From the NCBI RefSeq assembly GCF_009914755.1, contig NC_060932.1: DNA of 64,000 nucleotides, one strand, 5' to 3'. Position numbers and translations under genes: made by a program. Source of the DNA: the human T2T-CHM13v2.0 reference genome, Homo sapiens. The notes under the pieces are model-generated. The model did not search any database, was not told the DNA's origin, and saw only the letters and a program-made list of their open reading frames with translations. Shown piece after piece: positions 17,352 to 35,736 of the stretch. Each line of letters begins with the position of its first letter. The stretch's first letter is position 1.

Positions 17352-19715
<2,364 letters not shown>

Positions 19716-20704
19716 CTGAAAGAATGAAAAAGAAAAAAAAAGTGAATCGCTTGCATTTTACTATGGAAGAAAGAATTAGAGAATAAACAGAAATATTTGT
19801 ATCAAACAAATATCTTCTAGGATAATACTGATATTCAGAATGCAAATAAAAAAAAAAGCAACAAATATGACCCCATTGGGGAGAGGAAAAAGAGAAGCAT
19901 GCTGGTAAAGCAATGAACACTGGTGTGGGAAGGAAGAAGGAAGGTAATATGCCCAAGGTCAAAGGCTTAAATCTGCAACCAGGCTGACCTTTCCTGGAGT
20001 AGGAAAGGCAAGATCTGAGAAAGGATTTGGGGAGAGTTACCAGGAGGGAGGAATTGGAGGCTGCCTCCACTATTCATGTCATTGCTGCATACTTTGTAAA
20101 CAAGGTATCTTCTTATGGCTTACACATAGCATACTCAAATATTTGTTGAAAATAAATGATAAATGACTCATAATAAATGAGGTGTACATCAGTGCAATAG
20201 ATGATGAAAAAAACTATTTGATCTAGACAACTTGGTTTCACAGAAGCAAATCAGGAAAAACAGAAAAAAGCAGCAACCTACTCAGGAAATAGCTTGGGCA
20301 GCACAAGGCAAAAAGGCCAAGTATAAACAACAGTCCCAAATCACACATTTCCAGTGAACAAAAGTGTCCAAAAATTTGTGAAAACTATAAAACTGAATTC
20401 TGAGACCCAATGAAAGGAAGCTTATTAAAAAGAAAAATCCAAAACCAACCAACAAAACAAATAAACAAACAAAAAACAAGCACTAAGTCACATAGATACA
20501 AAGACTGTGGGAAGGATAACTGAGGTCAGAACAGTAAGAGGGCAGCCCTGTGTTGAGATACCACAAAAGGACAATGGAATCTTCTTTTTGCAAATGGCGG
20601 TTATCATTAGTTATAATGGGATGCTCCTTGAGACTGCACTGCTTGAACAGGGAGACTGAGCTAAAAATACTAACTGGATGAGGCCTAAAATTGAGTTAAG
20701 TATG

Positions 20705-21069
<365 letters not shown>

Positions 21070-21424
21070 CTACTCATGGTACTACAGAGGGATTGATTTT
21101 GCCATTCAGAGTATGAAAGGAAAAAAGCAAACTTCATAATTTACTCTAGAAACCTACAAACAGTGTCCTAGAAGATAAACATCCTGAATGTAGGGAGAAA
21201 AATTTCTGAGGTATCTGAGGAGTTGAGTCCTCAAGGTAGTCTCAGGACTAAAGTCTGACAGATGATTCTATTAGGTGTTATTTTGCTGGGAGGAGACAAA
21301 ATAAATGTGAACAAAATGAGAAACCATAAGAGAGAGTCATCCATAAGACAAGAACCAACATCTCACACTAAAGTTCATATTGCCATTTCCCTCAGATATC
21401 TGGTGATCCTTGGTTGGCGGTGTT

Positions 21425-21743
21425 TATTTTCTTTCTTTCTTTCTTTTTTTTTTTTTTTGAGACAGAGTTTTTTTGCTCCTGTTGCCCAGGCTGGAGTGCA
21501 ATGGCACAATCTTGGCTCACCACAACCTCTGCCTCCTGGGTTCAAGTGATCCTCCTGCCTCAGCCTCCTGAGTAGCTGGGATTACAGGCACATGCCACCA
21601 TGCCCAGCTAATTTTTGTATTTTTAGTAGAGACAGGATTTCACCATGTTGGCCAGGATGGTCTTGATCTCTTGACCTCATGATCTGCCCACCTTGGCCTC
21701 CCAAAGTGTTGGGATTACAGGTGTGAGCCACCGTACCCAGCCA
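21425..21743 (-). mobile_element. Alu (S-type)
   Basis: Full dimer. Confidence 0.9.
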
Positions 21744-21744
21744 A

Positions 21745-22255
21745 TATCAGAATCTTGAAGATAGGTTTGCACTCCCATGTTCACTGCAGCATTATTCACA
21801 ATAGCCAAGAGGTGGAAACAACCTAGATGTCCATCAACAGATGGATGTATAAAGAAAATCTGGTATATCCATATGATGAAATATTCAGCCATAAAATATT
21901 GTAGAAGAAAATCCTGTCCTATGCAACTACACAAATGAACTCTGAGGACATTATGCTAAGTGAAATAAGACATCATAGAAGGATGAATACTGCACAGTTC
22001 CACTTAAATGAAGTATCTAAAATAGTCAAACTGATAGAAACAAAAAGTGCAATCGTGGTTGCCAGGGGTTGGTTGCCAGGGGTTGGGGAGAGGGAGAAAT
22101 GGGGAGTTGCTATTCAGTGGGTACAGGGTTTCAGTCATGCAAGGTTTTGAGAAAGTTCCAGAGACCTGCTCTACAGCATTTTGCTATTGTATTGTATACT
22201 TAAAAGTGTTTAAGAATGTAGACTGATCCTCATGTTATATAATTTTACCACAATT
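21745..22255 (+). mobile_element. L1M 3' end fragment
   Basis: cccatgttcactgcagcattattcacaatagccaag...ggacattatgctaagtgaaataag. Confidence 0.8.
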
Positions 22256-22574
22256 TAAGAAATACTTTAATAATGGTGGGAAACTTCTGATATTTCCTGG
22301 AAAACATTAAACTGCACATCCAAGAGGCCCAAAGAACTCCAAATGGGATAAACACAAAGATACCAACACTCAGAAACATCATGGTAAAAACGTTAAATGT
22401 TAATGACAAGGAGAAAATCTTGAAAGCAAGAGAAAAACAACTTATCATGTACAAGGGTACCCCAATAAGATAAACAGCAGACTTCTTATCAGAACTAATG
22501 GAGGTCAGAAGACAGTGGATAACATATTCAAAGTTCTGAAAGAAAAAGACTCTCAACCAAGAATTTTCTATCCT

Positions 22575-22897
<323 letters not shown>

Positions 22898-23655
22898 TCA
22901 AAAGTGAAGATGAAATAAAAGCATTACCAGATAAATATAAACATAATTTATTGCTGCTAGATGCACCTTAAAAAAAAACCAAAGAAAATTCTTCAGGTTG
23001 GAAGCAAGTAAACACAGATAGAAATGAGAACCCACCCAAAACACAAAGAATAAAGATGAAGGTAATTCTTTAATTATATGAAAGTATAAATATATGTTTT
23101 TCATCTCTCTTAATTAATTTAAAAAGCAATTTTATAAATCGAATTTATATAGTTATATTGTTTAGGCTTTAAGATGTAAAAATGTATTATATATGACAAC
23201 AGCACAAAGGAGGTGGATGAGAACAGAGTTGTACTGTACAAAGGAAATGACAGCAGATGGTAACCTGAATGTACAGGAACATATGAAAAAAACCATAAAT
23301 GGTAAATAAGAAAGTAAACATTAAAAACTTTACCAATATATACTTGCTCTTATTTCTTTTCTGTTTCCACAATTGACATAAAATTATATAAAGTAAAAAT
23401 TATAAAAATGTATTGGTGGGTTTATAACAAACATATAATTGTAAAACAATAGTATATAAAGGAAGAAGATTAAATAGAGCTATATATGAGTAACAATTCT
23501 ATATCTCATTGAATTTTGTTAGTATAAGTTAGAAGCAAATTCTGATAAAATGTATGTGGTAAGCTCTAGAGTAGTAATTAAGAGAATAACTTTCAAAAAG
23601 TGAAAATATCAGTTAAGAAATTAAAATGTTATAATAGAAAAATTGTACTCAATGC

Positions 23656-23990
23656 AGCTGGGCATGGTGGTTCACATCTATAATCCCAGTCACTTGGGAG
23701 GCTGAGGCAGGAAGATCACTTGAGGCCAGGAGTTTGAGACCAGCCTAGGCCACATAAAAGCAAGACCCAGTTTCTAAAAATAAAATTGAAAAAAAAAAGC
23801 AAAACAAAACAAAAAAACACACACTTAGCCAGGCATGGTGGCACACACCTGTAGTCCCAGCTACTGGAGGCTGAGGAAGAAGGATCCCTTCAGCCCAGGA
23901 GTTCAAGGCTACAGTGAGCCATGATCAGGCCACTGCACTCCAGCCTGGGAAACAGGGCAAGACCTGATTCTAAAAATAAAAATAAAATAA
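23656..23990 (+). mobile_element. Alu (J-like)
   Basis: Dimer with expanded A-rich linker. Confidence 0.88.
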
Positions 23991-24275
23991 AATCTACTCA
24001 ATGCAAAAGAAAAAAATTAAGGAGGAATGGTAGAACAGAAAAGACACAAGATATACGAAATACAAAGAGCACAATGGCAGATGTAAACACAACTACACAA
24101 AAAATAATAAATATGACTAAACAATTCAAAGAAAAGGCAGAAAGAAAAAAAGGAAAAAAAGGCAGAGTCACAGTGGATTAAAAAACAATATCCAACTATA
24201 TGCTGTCTATTGGAAATACACTTTAGATTCAAAGATATAAACAGATTGGAAGTAAAAGAATGGAAAAAGATACAC

Positions 24276-24995
24276 AGATGCTTCTCAACTTACAATGGGG
24301 TTATGTCCTGAAAAACCCATTGTATGTTGAAAATATAGAAGTTGATATGGTTTGGATCTATGTCCCCACCCAAATCTCATGCTGAAATGCAATCCCCAAT
24401 GCTGGAGGTAGGGCCTGGTAGGAAGTGATTGGATCATGGGGGCGCGGTTTCTCATGAATGGCTTAGCACCATCCCCCTGGTGCTGTTCTTGTGATAGAGT
24501 TCTTGTGAGATCTGGTTGTTTAAAAGGGTGTGGCACCTCCTCCCTGTATCTCTTCCTCCTGCTCCAGCCATGTAAGATGTGCCTGCTTCCCCTTCACCTG
24601 CTGCTATGATTGTAAGTTTCCTGAAGCCTCCCTAGAAGCAGAAGCTGGTATGCTTCCCATACAGCCTGCAGAACTGTGAGCCAATTAAACCTCTTTTCCT
24701 TACAAATTACCCAGTATTAGGTATTTCTTTATAGTAATGTGAGAATGGACTAATAAGTCAAAAATGCATTTAATACATCTAACCTATCAAACATAGCTTA
24801 GTCTAGCCTACCTTAAACATGCTCAGAACACTTACATTAGCCTACAATTGGGCAAAATAATCTAATACAAAGCCTATTTTATAGTAAAGTGTTGAATATC
24901 ATGCAATTTATTGACCACTGTACTGAAAGTGAAAAACAGAATGATTTTCACCATTGTGAAGTTGAAAAATCATAAATCAAATAAGATACCCTGTG
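24276..24995 (+). mobile_element. MER47A-like Tigger-derived MITE split by an MST LTR
   Basis: Starts cagatgcttctcaacttacaatggggttatgtcc; resumes aagtcaaaaatgcatttaatac after the LTR. Confidence 0.7.
24343..24755 (+). mobile_element. MaLR solo LTR (MSTA-like)
   Basis: tgatatggtttggatctatgtccccacccaaatctcat ... ggactaata. Confidence 0.85.
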
Positions 24996-25290
24996 TTATG
25001 CAAATAGGAACCATAAGAAAGCTGGAGTGGTTATAATAATGACAAAATAGACTTTAAAATGTAACATGCTATCAGAGATAAAGATAGACATTTTATAATG
25101 ATAAAAAGTCAACTCATAAGTTTTAACACTTGTAAACATATACACAGCTAACGACAGAGCTTCAAAGTATGTGCAATGAAAGGTTGAAAGAATTGGGGGG
25201 AAATACATAGTTCAACAGCAGTTGTCAGAGACTTCAAACCCCACTTTCAATTTGGATAGAACATCTAACCAGAAAATCAACAAGGAAATA

Positions 25291-25960
25291 CAGTTGGCTC
25301 TCTGTATCTAGGTGATATAGTTTGGCTCTGTGTCCCCACCCAAATATCTTCCCAAATTGTAATCCCAACATGTTGAGGGAGGGACCTGGTGGGAGGTGAT
25401 TGGATCATGGGCGTGGTTTCGCCCATGCTGTTCTCATAATAGTGAGTTCTCACAAGACCTGATGGTTTAAAAGTGCTTGGCAGTCGACCCTCCCCCTCCA
25501 AATGCTGCTGCTATGTAAGACGTGCCTTGCTTCCCCTTCACTTTCTTCCATGATTGTAAGTTTCCTGAGGCCTCCCCAGCTATGTGGAACTGTGAGTCAA
25601 TTAAACCTCTTTCCTTTATAAATTGCCAGGTCTCAGGTAGTTCTTCATAGCAGTGTGAAAACAGACTAATACACTAGGGATGCTGCATCAATGGATTCAA
25701 GTGACCACAGATACAAAAAAAAATTGGAAATTAAAAAGCATGGTGGCATCTGTACTGAACATATACAGATTTGTCATTATTCCCTAGACAGTACAGTATA
25801 ACAACTATTTACATAGCATTTACATTGTATTAAAGTATATAGGAGGGGGATGTACATAGGTTATATGAAAATATTACACCATTTTATATAAGGGACTTGT
25901 GGAGTTCGGTATTTGAAGGGGTTCCTGGAACCAATCCCCCATGGATACTGAGTGACAAGA
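25291..25960. mobile_element. MER2-like Tigger-derived MITE split by a MaLR LTR
   Basis: cagttggctctctgtatc start; ggaaccaatcccccatggatactgag end. Confidence 0.7.
25313..25673 (+). mobile_element. MaLR solo LTR (MST/THE1D-like)
   Basis: tgatatagtttggctctgtgtcccc...ctaataca; perfect 5-bp TSD ctagg (25308-25312/25674-25678). Confidence 0.88.
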
Positions 25961-27111
25961 GTAGAAGATTAAGAACACTGTATACAAACTAGACTTAACA
26001 AACATAAGTTGTTAGAGAATACTCCACCCAACAACAGCAGAATACACATTTTTCTCAAGCACACGTGGAATATTTTCCAGGATAGATCATAGGCTAGGCC
26101 ATAAAACAAGCCTGGATCAGTTTAAAAGACTGAAATTGTACAAGTTTCCTTGTCACTATGTTTTCTAAACATAATGGAATGAAACTGAAACTAATAACAG
26201 AAAATAATTTGCTAAATTCACAAAAATGTAAAAATTAAGCAACACAGTACTAAAGAACCAATGGGTCAAACAAGAAATACCAAGTAAAATTAGAAAATAC
26301 TTTGAGATGAATGAAAAGGAAGACACAACATATCAAAACCTGTGGGATGCAGCTAAATCTGTGCTTAGAAGGAAATTTGTAGCTGTCAATACCAACATTA
26401 TTTAAAGTTAAAAAAAAATTTTTTTAATTTTTTAGAAATTTTACTTTAAGTTCTGGGATACATGTGCAGAACCTGCAGGTTTGTTGCATAGGTATACATG
26501 TGCCATGGTAATCTACCTATCAACCTGTCATCTAGTTTTTTGGCCCATATGCATTAGGTATTTGTTCTAATGCTTTCCCTCCCCTTGTCCCTCTCCCCTT
26601 GACAGGCCCCGGTGTGTGATGTTCCCCTCCCTGTGTTGATGTGTTCTCACTGTTCAACTCCCACTTATGAGTGAGAACATAAGGTTTTTGGTTTTCTGTT
26701 CCTGTGTTAGTTTGCTGAGGATGATGGCTTCCAGCTTTATCCATGTCCCTGTAAAGGACATGAACTCATTCTTTTTTATGGCTGTGTAGTATTCCATGGT
26801 GTATATATGCCACATTTTTTTTTATCCAGTCTATCCGTGATGGGCATTTTGGTTGGTTCCAAGTCTTTGCTATTGTAAATAATGCTGCAAGAAACGTATG
26901 TGTGCATTTATCTTTATAGTAGAATGCTTTACAGTCCTTTGGTTATATACCCAGTAATGGGATTGCTGGGTCAACTGGTATTTCTGGTTCTAGATCCTTG
27001 AGGAATCACCACACTGTCTTCCACAATGATTGAACTTGTTCACACTCTCACCAACAGTGTAAAAGCATTCCTATTTCTCCATGGCCTCACCAGCATCTGT
27101 TGTTTCCTGAC

Positions 27112-27328
27112 TTTTTTTTTTTTTTTTTGAGATGGAGTCTTGCTGTGTCACCCAGGCTGGAGTCCAGTGGCACAATCTTGGCTCATGCCTGGCTAATTTT
27201 TTTGTATTTTTAGTAGAGAAGGGGTTTCACTGTGTTAGCCAGGATGGTCTCAATCTCCTGACCTCGTGATCTGCCTGCCTAGGCCTCCCAAAGTGCTGGG
27301 ATTACAAGTGTCAGCCACTGCACCTGGC
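27112..27328 (-). mobile_element. Internally deleted Alu at the L1 deletion junction
   Basis: Jumps from gctca to tgcctggctaattt; no TSD seen. Confidence 0.85.
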
Positions 27329-28898
27329 TGACAATGGGGTTTTCTAAATACGCAATCATGTAATCTACAAATAGACACAATTTGACTGCCTCTCTTCCTA
27401 TTTGAATACTCTTTATTTCTTTCTCTTGCCTGATTGCCCTGGCCAGAACTTCCAATACTATGTTGAATAGGAGTGGTGAGAGAGGGTATCCTTGCCTTGT
27501 GCCAGTTTTCAAAGGGATTGTTCCCAGCTTCTGCCTATTCAGTAAGATATTGGCTATGGGTTTGTCATAAATAGCTATTATATGTTCCATCAATACCTAG
27601 CTGATTGAGAGTTTTTAACATGAAGCGGTTGAGTTTTATCGAAGGCCTTTTCTGCATCTATTGAGATAATCATGTGGTTTTTGTCATAGGTTCTGTTTAT
27701 GTGATGGATTACATTTATTGATTTGCATATGATGAACCAGCCTTGCATCCTAGGGATGATGACTTGATCGTGATGAATAAGCTTTTTGATATGCTGCTGG
27801 ATTCAGTTTGCCGGTATTTTATTGAGCATTTTTGCATCGATGTTCATCAGGGATATTGACCTGAAATTTTCTTTTTTTTTTGATGTGTCTCTGTCAGGTT
27901 TTGTATCAGGATGATGCTGGCCTCATAAAATGAGTTAGGGAGGAGTCCCTCTTTTTCTATTGTTTGGAATAGTTTCAGAAGGAATGGTACCAACTCCTTT
28001 TTATACCTCTGGTAGAATTTGGCTGTAAATCCATCTGGCCCTGGGCTTTTTTTTGGTTGGTAGGCTATGAATTACTGCCTCAATTTCAGAACTTGTTATT
28101 GGTCTATTCAGGGGTTTGACATCTTCCTGGTTTAGTCTTCTAGAAGACTAAACTAAATTTATCCATTTCTTCTAGATTTTCTAATTTGAGTAGAGGTGTT
28201 TATAGTATTCTCCAATCATAGTTTGTATTTCTGGGGGATCAGTGGTAATATCCCCTTTATCATTATTTATTGTGTCTATTTGATGCTTCTCTCTTTTCTT
28301 GATTAGTCTAGCTAGCGGTCTATCTATTTTGTTAATTTTTTCAAAAAACCACCTCCTGGATTCATTGATTTTTGAAGGGTTTTTCCTTTCTGTATCTCCT
28401 TCGGTTTTTCTCTGATCTTAGTTATTTCTTGTCTTCTGCTAGCTTTTGAATTTGTTTGCCCTTGCTTCTCTAGTTAATTGTGATGTTAGGGTGCCGATTT
28501 CAGATCTTTCCAGCTTTCTGATGTGGGCATTTAGTGCTATAAATTTCCCTCTTAACACAGATTTAGCTGTGTCCCAGAAAGTCTGGTACATTGTCTCTTC
28601 ATTCTCATTGGCTTCAACGAACTTATTTCATTCTTAATTTCATTATTTACCCAAGAGTCATTCAGGAGTAGGCTGTTCAATTTCCATGTAGTTGTGTGGT
28701 TTTGAGTGAGTTTCTTAATCCTGAGTTCTAATTTGATTGCACTGTGGTCTGAGAGACCGTTATGAATTCTGTTCTTTTGCATTTGCAGAGGAGTGTCTTA
28801 CTTCCAATTATGTGGTTGATTTTAGAATAAGTGCCATGTGGCACTGACAAGAATGAGAAGAATTCAAGTCCTGAATATCTTTAATTTTAAAGGATGAT

Positions 28899-29217
28899 GG
28901 CTGGGTGTGGTGGATCACACCTGTAATCCTAGCACTTTGGGAGGCCAAGGTGGGCAGATCATGAGGTCAGGAGATCAACACCATCCTGGCTAACACGGTG
29001 AAACCCCTTCTCTACTAAAAATACAAATAAATTAGCTGGGCATGGTGGCATGCACCTGTAGTCCCAGCTTCTCAGGAGGCTGAGGCAGGAGAATGGCATG
29101 AACCCAGAAGGCAGAGCTTGCAGTGAGCCGAGATTGCACCACTGCACTCCAGCCAGGTTGACAGAGTGAGACTCTGTCTCAAAAAAATAATAATAAATTA
29201 AAAAAATAAATAAATAA
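28899..29217 (+). mobile_element. AluY-like
   Basis: Full dimer; aaaggatg on both sides. Confidence 0.9.
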
Positions 29218-29981
29218 AGGATGCTAATTTTCTGTCTTGTTAATCTAATATTGACTGTGGGGTGTTAAAGTCTCACACTATTATTGTGTGGAAGTCTAAA
29301 TCTCTTTGTAGGTCTCTAAGAACTTGCTTTATGAATCTGGGTGCTCTTGTATTGGGTGCATATATATTTAGGATAGTTAGCTCCTCTTGTTGCATTGATC
29401 CTTTTACTATTATGTAATGCCCTTCTTTGTCTTTTTTGATCTTCATTGGCTTAAAGTCTGTTTTATCAGAATAGTACTGCAACCCCTGCTTTTTTTGTTT
29501 TTGTTTTTGTTTTTGCTTTCCATTTGCTTGGTAAATATTCCTCCATTCCTTTATTTTGAGCCTATGTGTGTCTTTGCATGTGAGATGGATCTCCTGAATA
29601 CAGCACATGGATGGGTCTTGACTCTTTATCCAATTGGCCAGTCTGCATCTTTTAATTGGGGCATTTAGCCCATTTATGTTTAAGATTAATATTTTTATGT
29701 GTGAATTTGATCCCGGCATCATGATGCTAGCTGGTTATTTTGCACATTAGTTGATGCAGTTTCTTCACAGTGTCATTGGTCTCTATATTTTGGTGTGTTT
29801 TTGCAGCGGCTGGTACCAGTTTTTCCTTTCCATATTTAGTGCTTCCTTCAGGAGCTCTTGTAAGGCAGGCCTGCTGGTGACAAAATCCCTCATCATTTGC
29901 TTGTCTGGAAAGGGTTTTATTTCTCTTTTGCTTGTGAAACTTAGTTTGGCTGGATATGAAATTTTGGGTTGAAAATTCTTC

Positions 29982-30244
<263 letters not shown>

Positions 30245-33236
30245 AGTTCTTTTAAGAATGTTGAATATTGGCCCCCATTCTCGTCTGGCTTATAGGGTTT
30301 CTGCAGAGAGATCACCTGTTAGTCTAATGGGTTTACCTTTGTAGGTGACCTGATCTTTCTCTCTGGCTGCCCTTAGCATTTTTTCCTTCATTTCAATATT
30401 GGAGAGTCTGATGATTATGTATCTTGGGTTTGATCTTCTTGTGGAGTATCTTAGTGGTGTTCTGTGTATTTCCTGAATTTGAATGTTGGCATATCTTGCT
30501 AGGTTGGGGAAGCTCTCCTGGATAATATCCTGAAGTGTGTTTTCCAACTTGGTTCCATTTTCCCCATTGCTTTCAGATACACCAATCAATCGTAGGTTTG
30601 GTCTTTTCACATAGACCCATATTTCTTGGAGGCTTTGTTTGTTCCTTTTAATTCTTTTCTCTGTAATCTTGTTTTCATGCCTTATTTCAGCAAGGTGATC
30701 TTCAATCTCTACTATCCTTCTTCCACTTGATCAGTTCGGCTATTGATACTTGTATATGCTTCACGAAGTTCTTGTGCTGTGCTTTTCAGCTCCATCAGGT
30801 CATTTATGTTCCTCTCTAAACCGGTTATTCTAGTTAGCAGTTCCTGTAACCTTTTACCAAGTTTCTTAGCTTCCTTGCATTGGGTTACAACATGGTTTTT
30901 TTTTTAGCTCAGAGGAGTTTGTTATTACCCACCTTCTGAAGCCTACTTCTGTCAATTCATCAGTCTCATTCTCCATCCAGTTTGGTGCCCTTGCTGGAGA
31001 AGAGTTGTGATCATTTGGAAGAGAAGAGACATTCCGGTTTTTGGAATTTTCAGTGTTTTTGCACTGGTTTTTCCTCATCTTCGTGGATTTATTTACCTTT
31101 GATCTTTGAGGCTGATGACCTTTGGATGGAGTTTGTGTGTGTGTGTGGGGTCTTTTATGTTGATGTTGTTATTGTTGCTTTGTGTTTGTTAGTTTTTCTT
31201 CTAACAGTCAGACGCCTCTTCTGCCAGTCTGCTGCCGTTTGATGGAGGTCCACTCCAGACCCTGTTGACTTGGTTATCACCAGTGGAGGCTGCAGAACAG
31301 CAAAGATTGCCACCTGCTCCTTCCTCTAGAAGCTTTATCCCAGAGTGGCACTGACCTGATGCCATCTGGAGCTCTCCTGTGTGAGGTGTCTCTTGAGCCG
31401 TTAAGAGGTGTCTCCCAGTCAGGAGGCATGGGGTTCAGGGACCCACCTGGGGAGGCAGTCTGTCCCTCAGCAGAACTGGTGTGCTGTGCTAGGAGAATCC
31501 CCTTTGTCAGGATCAGCTCCTCTCTTCACAGCCAGGCAGGAAAGATTAAGTCTGCTGAAGCTGCGCCCACAGCTGCCCCTCCCTCCAGGGGCTCTGTCCC
31601 AGGGAGGTGAGAGTTTTATCTGTAAGCTCCTGACTGGGGCTGCTGCATTTCCTTTAGAGATGCCCTGCCCAGTGAGGAGAAATCGAGAGAAGCAGTTTGG
31701 CCATAGCTGCTTTGCCGCACTGTGGTGTTCCGCCCAGTCCAAACCTCCTGGTCTCCTTAGCACCGTCAGGGGAAAACCGCCTACTAAAGCCTCAGTAATG
31801 TCAGAAGATGCTCCTTCCCCCTCCAAGCTCGAACATCCCAGGTTGACTCCAGACTACTGTGCTGGCAGTGAGAATTTCAAGCCAGTGGTTCTTAGCTTGC
31901 TGGGATCCATGGGAGTGGGACTCGCTGATTGAGACCACTTGGCTCCCTGGCTTCAGCCCCCTTTCCAGGGGAGTGAATAGTTCTGTCTCACTGGGATTCC
32001 AGGTGCCACCAGGGTATGAAAAAAACTCCTGCACCTAGCTCGATGCCTGCCTAAACAGCCGCCCAGTTTTGTGCTTGAAACCCAGGACCCTGGTGGTGTA
32101 GGCTCATGAGGGAATCTCCTGATCTGCAGATTGTAAAAACCATGGGAAAAGTGTAGTACCTAGGCTGGGTAGCACAGTCCCTCATGGCTTCCCTTAGCTG
32201 GGGCAGGGAGGTCCCCCGGCTCCTTGCACTTCCTGGGTGAAGCGATGTTCCTCCCTGCTTCTGCTCCCTCTCCATGGGTTGCACCCACTACCTAACCAGT
32301 CCCAATGAGATGAACTGGGTACCTCAGTTGGAAATGCAGAAATCACCCATCTTCTGTGTTGGTCTCAATGGGAGCTGCAGACTGGAGCTGTTTGTATTTG
32401 GCCATCTTGGCTCCTTCCTCAATGCCTACTTTTTTTTTTTTTTAAAGGGAGCAAATCAACAACCTAATCTTCTACCTTAAAACACTGGAGAAAACAAACA
32501 AACAAACAAAAAAACTAAACCCAAATCAAGCAGAAGGTAGAAAATAAGGAATATAACAGAAACTAATGAACTAGAGAATAGAAAAAAGGCTTAATACCAA
32601 TTCTTCACAAACTCTTCCAAAAAAACAAAAGAGAACACTTCCCAATTCATTCAATGAAAACATATATAAAAATTATACACCATTACTGAGTGGGATTTAT
32701 CCCAGAGATGCAAGGTTTGTTTAGCATCCTAAAATCAATTAATACATCATATCCAAAGAATAAAGGAAAAAATCAAGAAAGGAAAATAAAGACATTTTCA
32801 GACAAACAAAAACTCACAGAATAATGCTAACTTAAGTACAAGAAATACTAAAGGGAATTTTTCAAACTGAAAATAATGATCTTAGACAAAAGTACAGAAC
32901 TGCAGAAAGGAATGAAAAACACTAGAAAGGGTAACTCTAAATGTAATGTATATATACCGTCAAAAATAGCAACAGAATAAACTCTCTGGTGAGGTTTCAA
33001 AGTAGGTAGTACAAAATAAGTGACTATAATAATGAAAGGCAGGAGAGGGACAAAAGCAAACGTAAGGATCTTGCATTTTTCAAGAAGTGGTAAAAATATT
33101 AAGGTAGACCATAGTAAGTTGAAGAGACATATTTAATCATTAGAGTCATCACTTAAAAAAGAATGTACAACTAAAAAGCTAATGGAGAAGAAAAATAAAA
33201 TTACATAAAGTTTGATTTATTCAAAAGAATATAAAA

Positions 33237-33565
<329 letters not shown>

Positions 33566-34247
33566 TTATAGTGACAGAAAGGAGATCAGTAATTGCTTCA
33601 GTATAGAAGTGGGAAGGAGTGAGAAAGGTGGGAAGGAGTGAAAGATGATGAAGGAGGAGAAAACTTTTGGGGGTGATGGATATGTCTGCCCTAGATTGTA
33701 GCAATGGTTTCACATGTGTATACATATGTCAAAAGATATAAAATCATATACTTTAAATACTTATTAACATATTATATGTTAATTACACCTCAATAAGGCT
33801 GGTTCTTTAAAGAAAATAAATAAGAGTATGGGGCTGAGACCAATCTGCCAGGGACCCAACGTTGCTCTCTCCCTGGCTGGCTGTGTGATCTGGGGCCAAT
33901 AATTTAACCTCTCTGTGCCTCAGTTTCCTGGACACTGATTGTGCAGAGATATTGGTGAATTCCATAAATTCATTGTGACAGCACAGTGCCAGGCCTGCAT
34001 CAAGCGCAAATGACCAATGTTAGCTGTGTGGTAGCACGGAGCCCTAGGACTCTGCTCTGCTTACTGTTTACATGCCCAGGTCCCCCACTACACAGGAAGA
34101 AACCCTTTCTAGCTCATCTGTTTCCTTAAGACCGAGAATCAGCCTGGGATGCTCTGAGTGAGTAACAGCAGGAATGAGAGACTTAGAAGAGAACGTCTCT
34201 CTAATTGGTATTTCCCAGCAGCCAAAACAGAGCTGGCCAGCAAACCC

Positions 34248-35326
<1,079 letters not shown>

Positions 35327-35622
35327 AGCCTAAGGAGTGGATGACATAGAAGTGAAGGGACTGGGAGCCAGCTGCCAGGGAAGGACACTTGAACTATTTT
35401 TTGTGGCTGAAATAGCATTTTTCTAGGGTAAATAAAACACAAACCTACTTATGGGCAGATAACAGGGGCAAATAACAGCAAGGAAAGAGGACAAGATAGA
35501 AAAAGGAGGAGGAAAGCAAAGGCCTGAGGGTAACAAGAGATTTGTCTGGGGCTTGTAGAGAAGGGATTCGTGAGTGAAGCTGCAGCACCTACCACAGAAG
35601 CAGAGAGTGGGGGCAGACTCAC

Positions 35623-35736
35623 CTTCTCTCTTGTGCCTCCAGCTCCAGCTCCCCTGAGTTCTCAGGATGTGAGGGGTCTATGGTTCGTCCCCCCGCTCCA
35701 GCCTGGAGATGACATCAGGTTTGGAAGCTTGAAGTC
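35623..35736 (-). pseudogene. ZNF252P: ZNF252P KRAB-B exon (114 nt) with a nonsense codon
   Basis: cag|GA CTT CAA GCT TCC AAA CCT GAT GTC ATC TCC AGG CTG GAG CGG GGG GAC GAA CCA TAG ... G|gtgagt; TAG (35678-35680) sits where the conserved EPW Trp is expected. Confidence 0.9.

Noticed and set aside
19716-20070. N-terminal ~118 aa of the 589-aa ORF
   Set aside because: Intronic read-through across the polypyrimidine tract (FFFFFILS); the real exon starts at 19715.
24343-25673. Two MST LTRs as the ends of one MaLR provirus
   Set aside because: The intervening DNA is MITE and L1M, and the second LTR has its own TSD.
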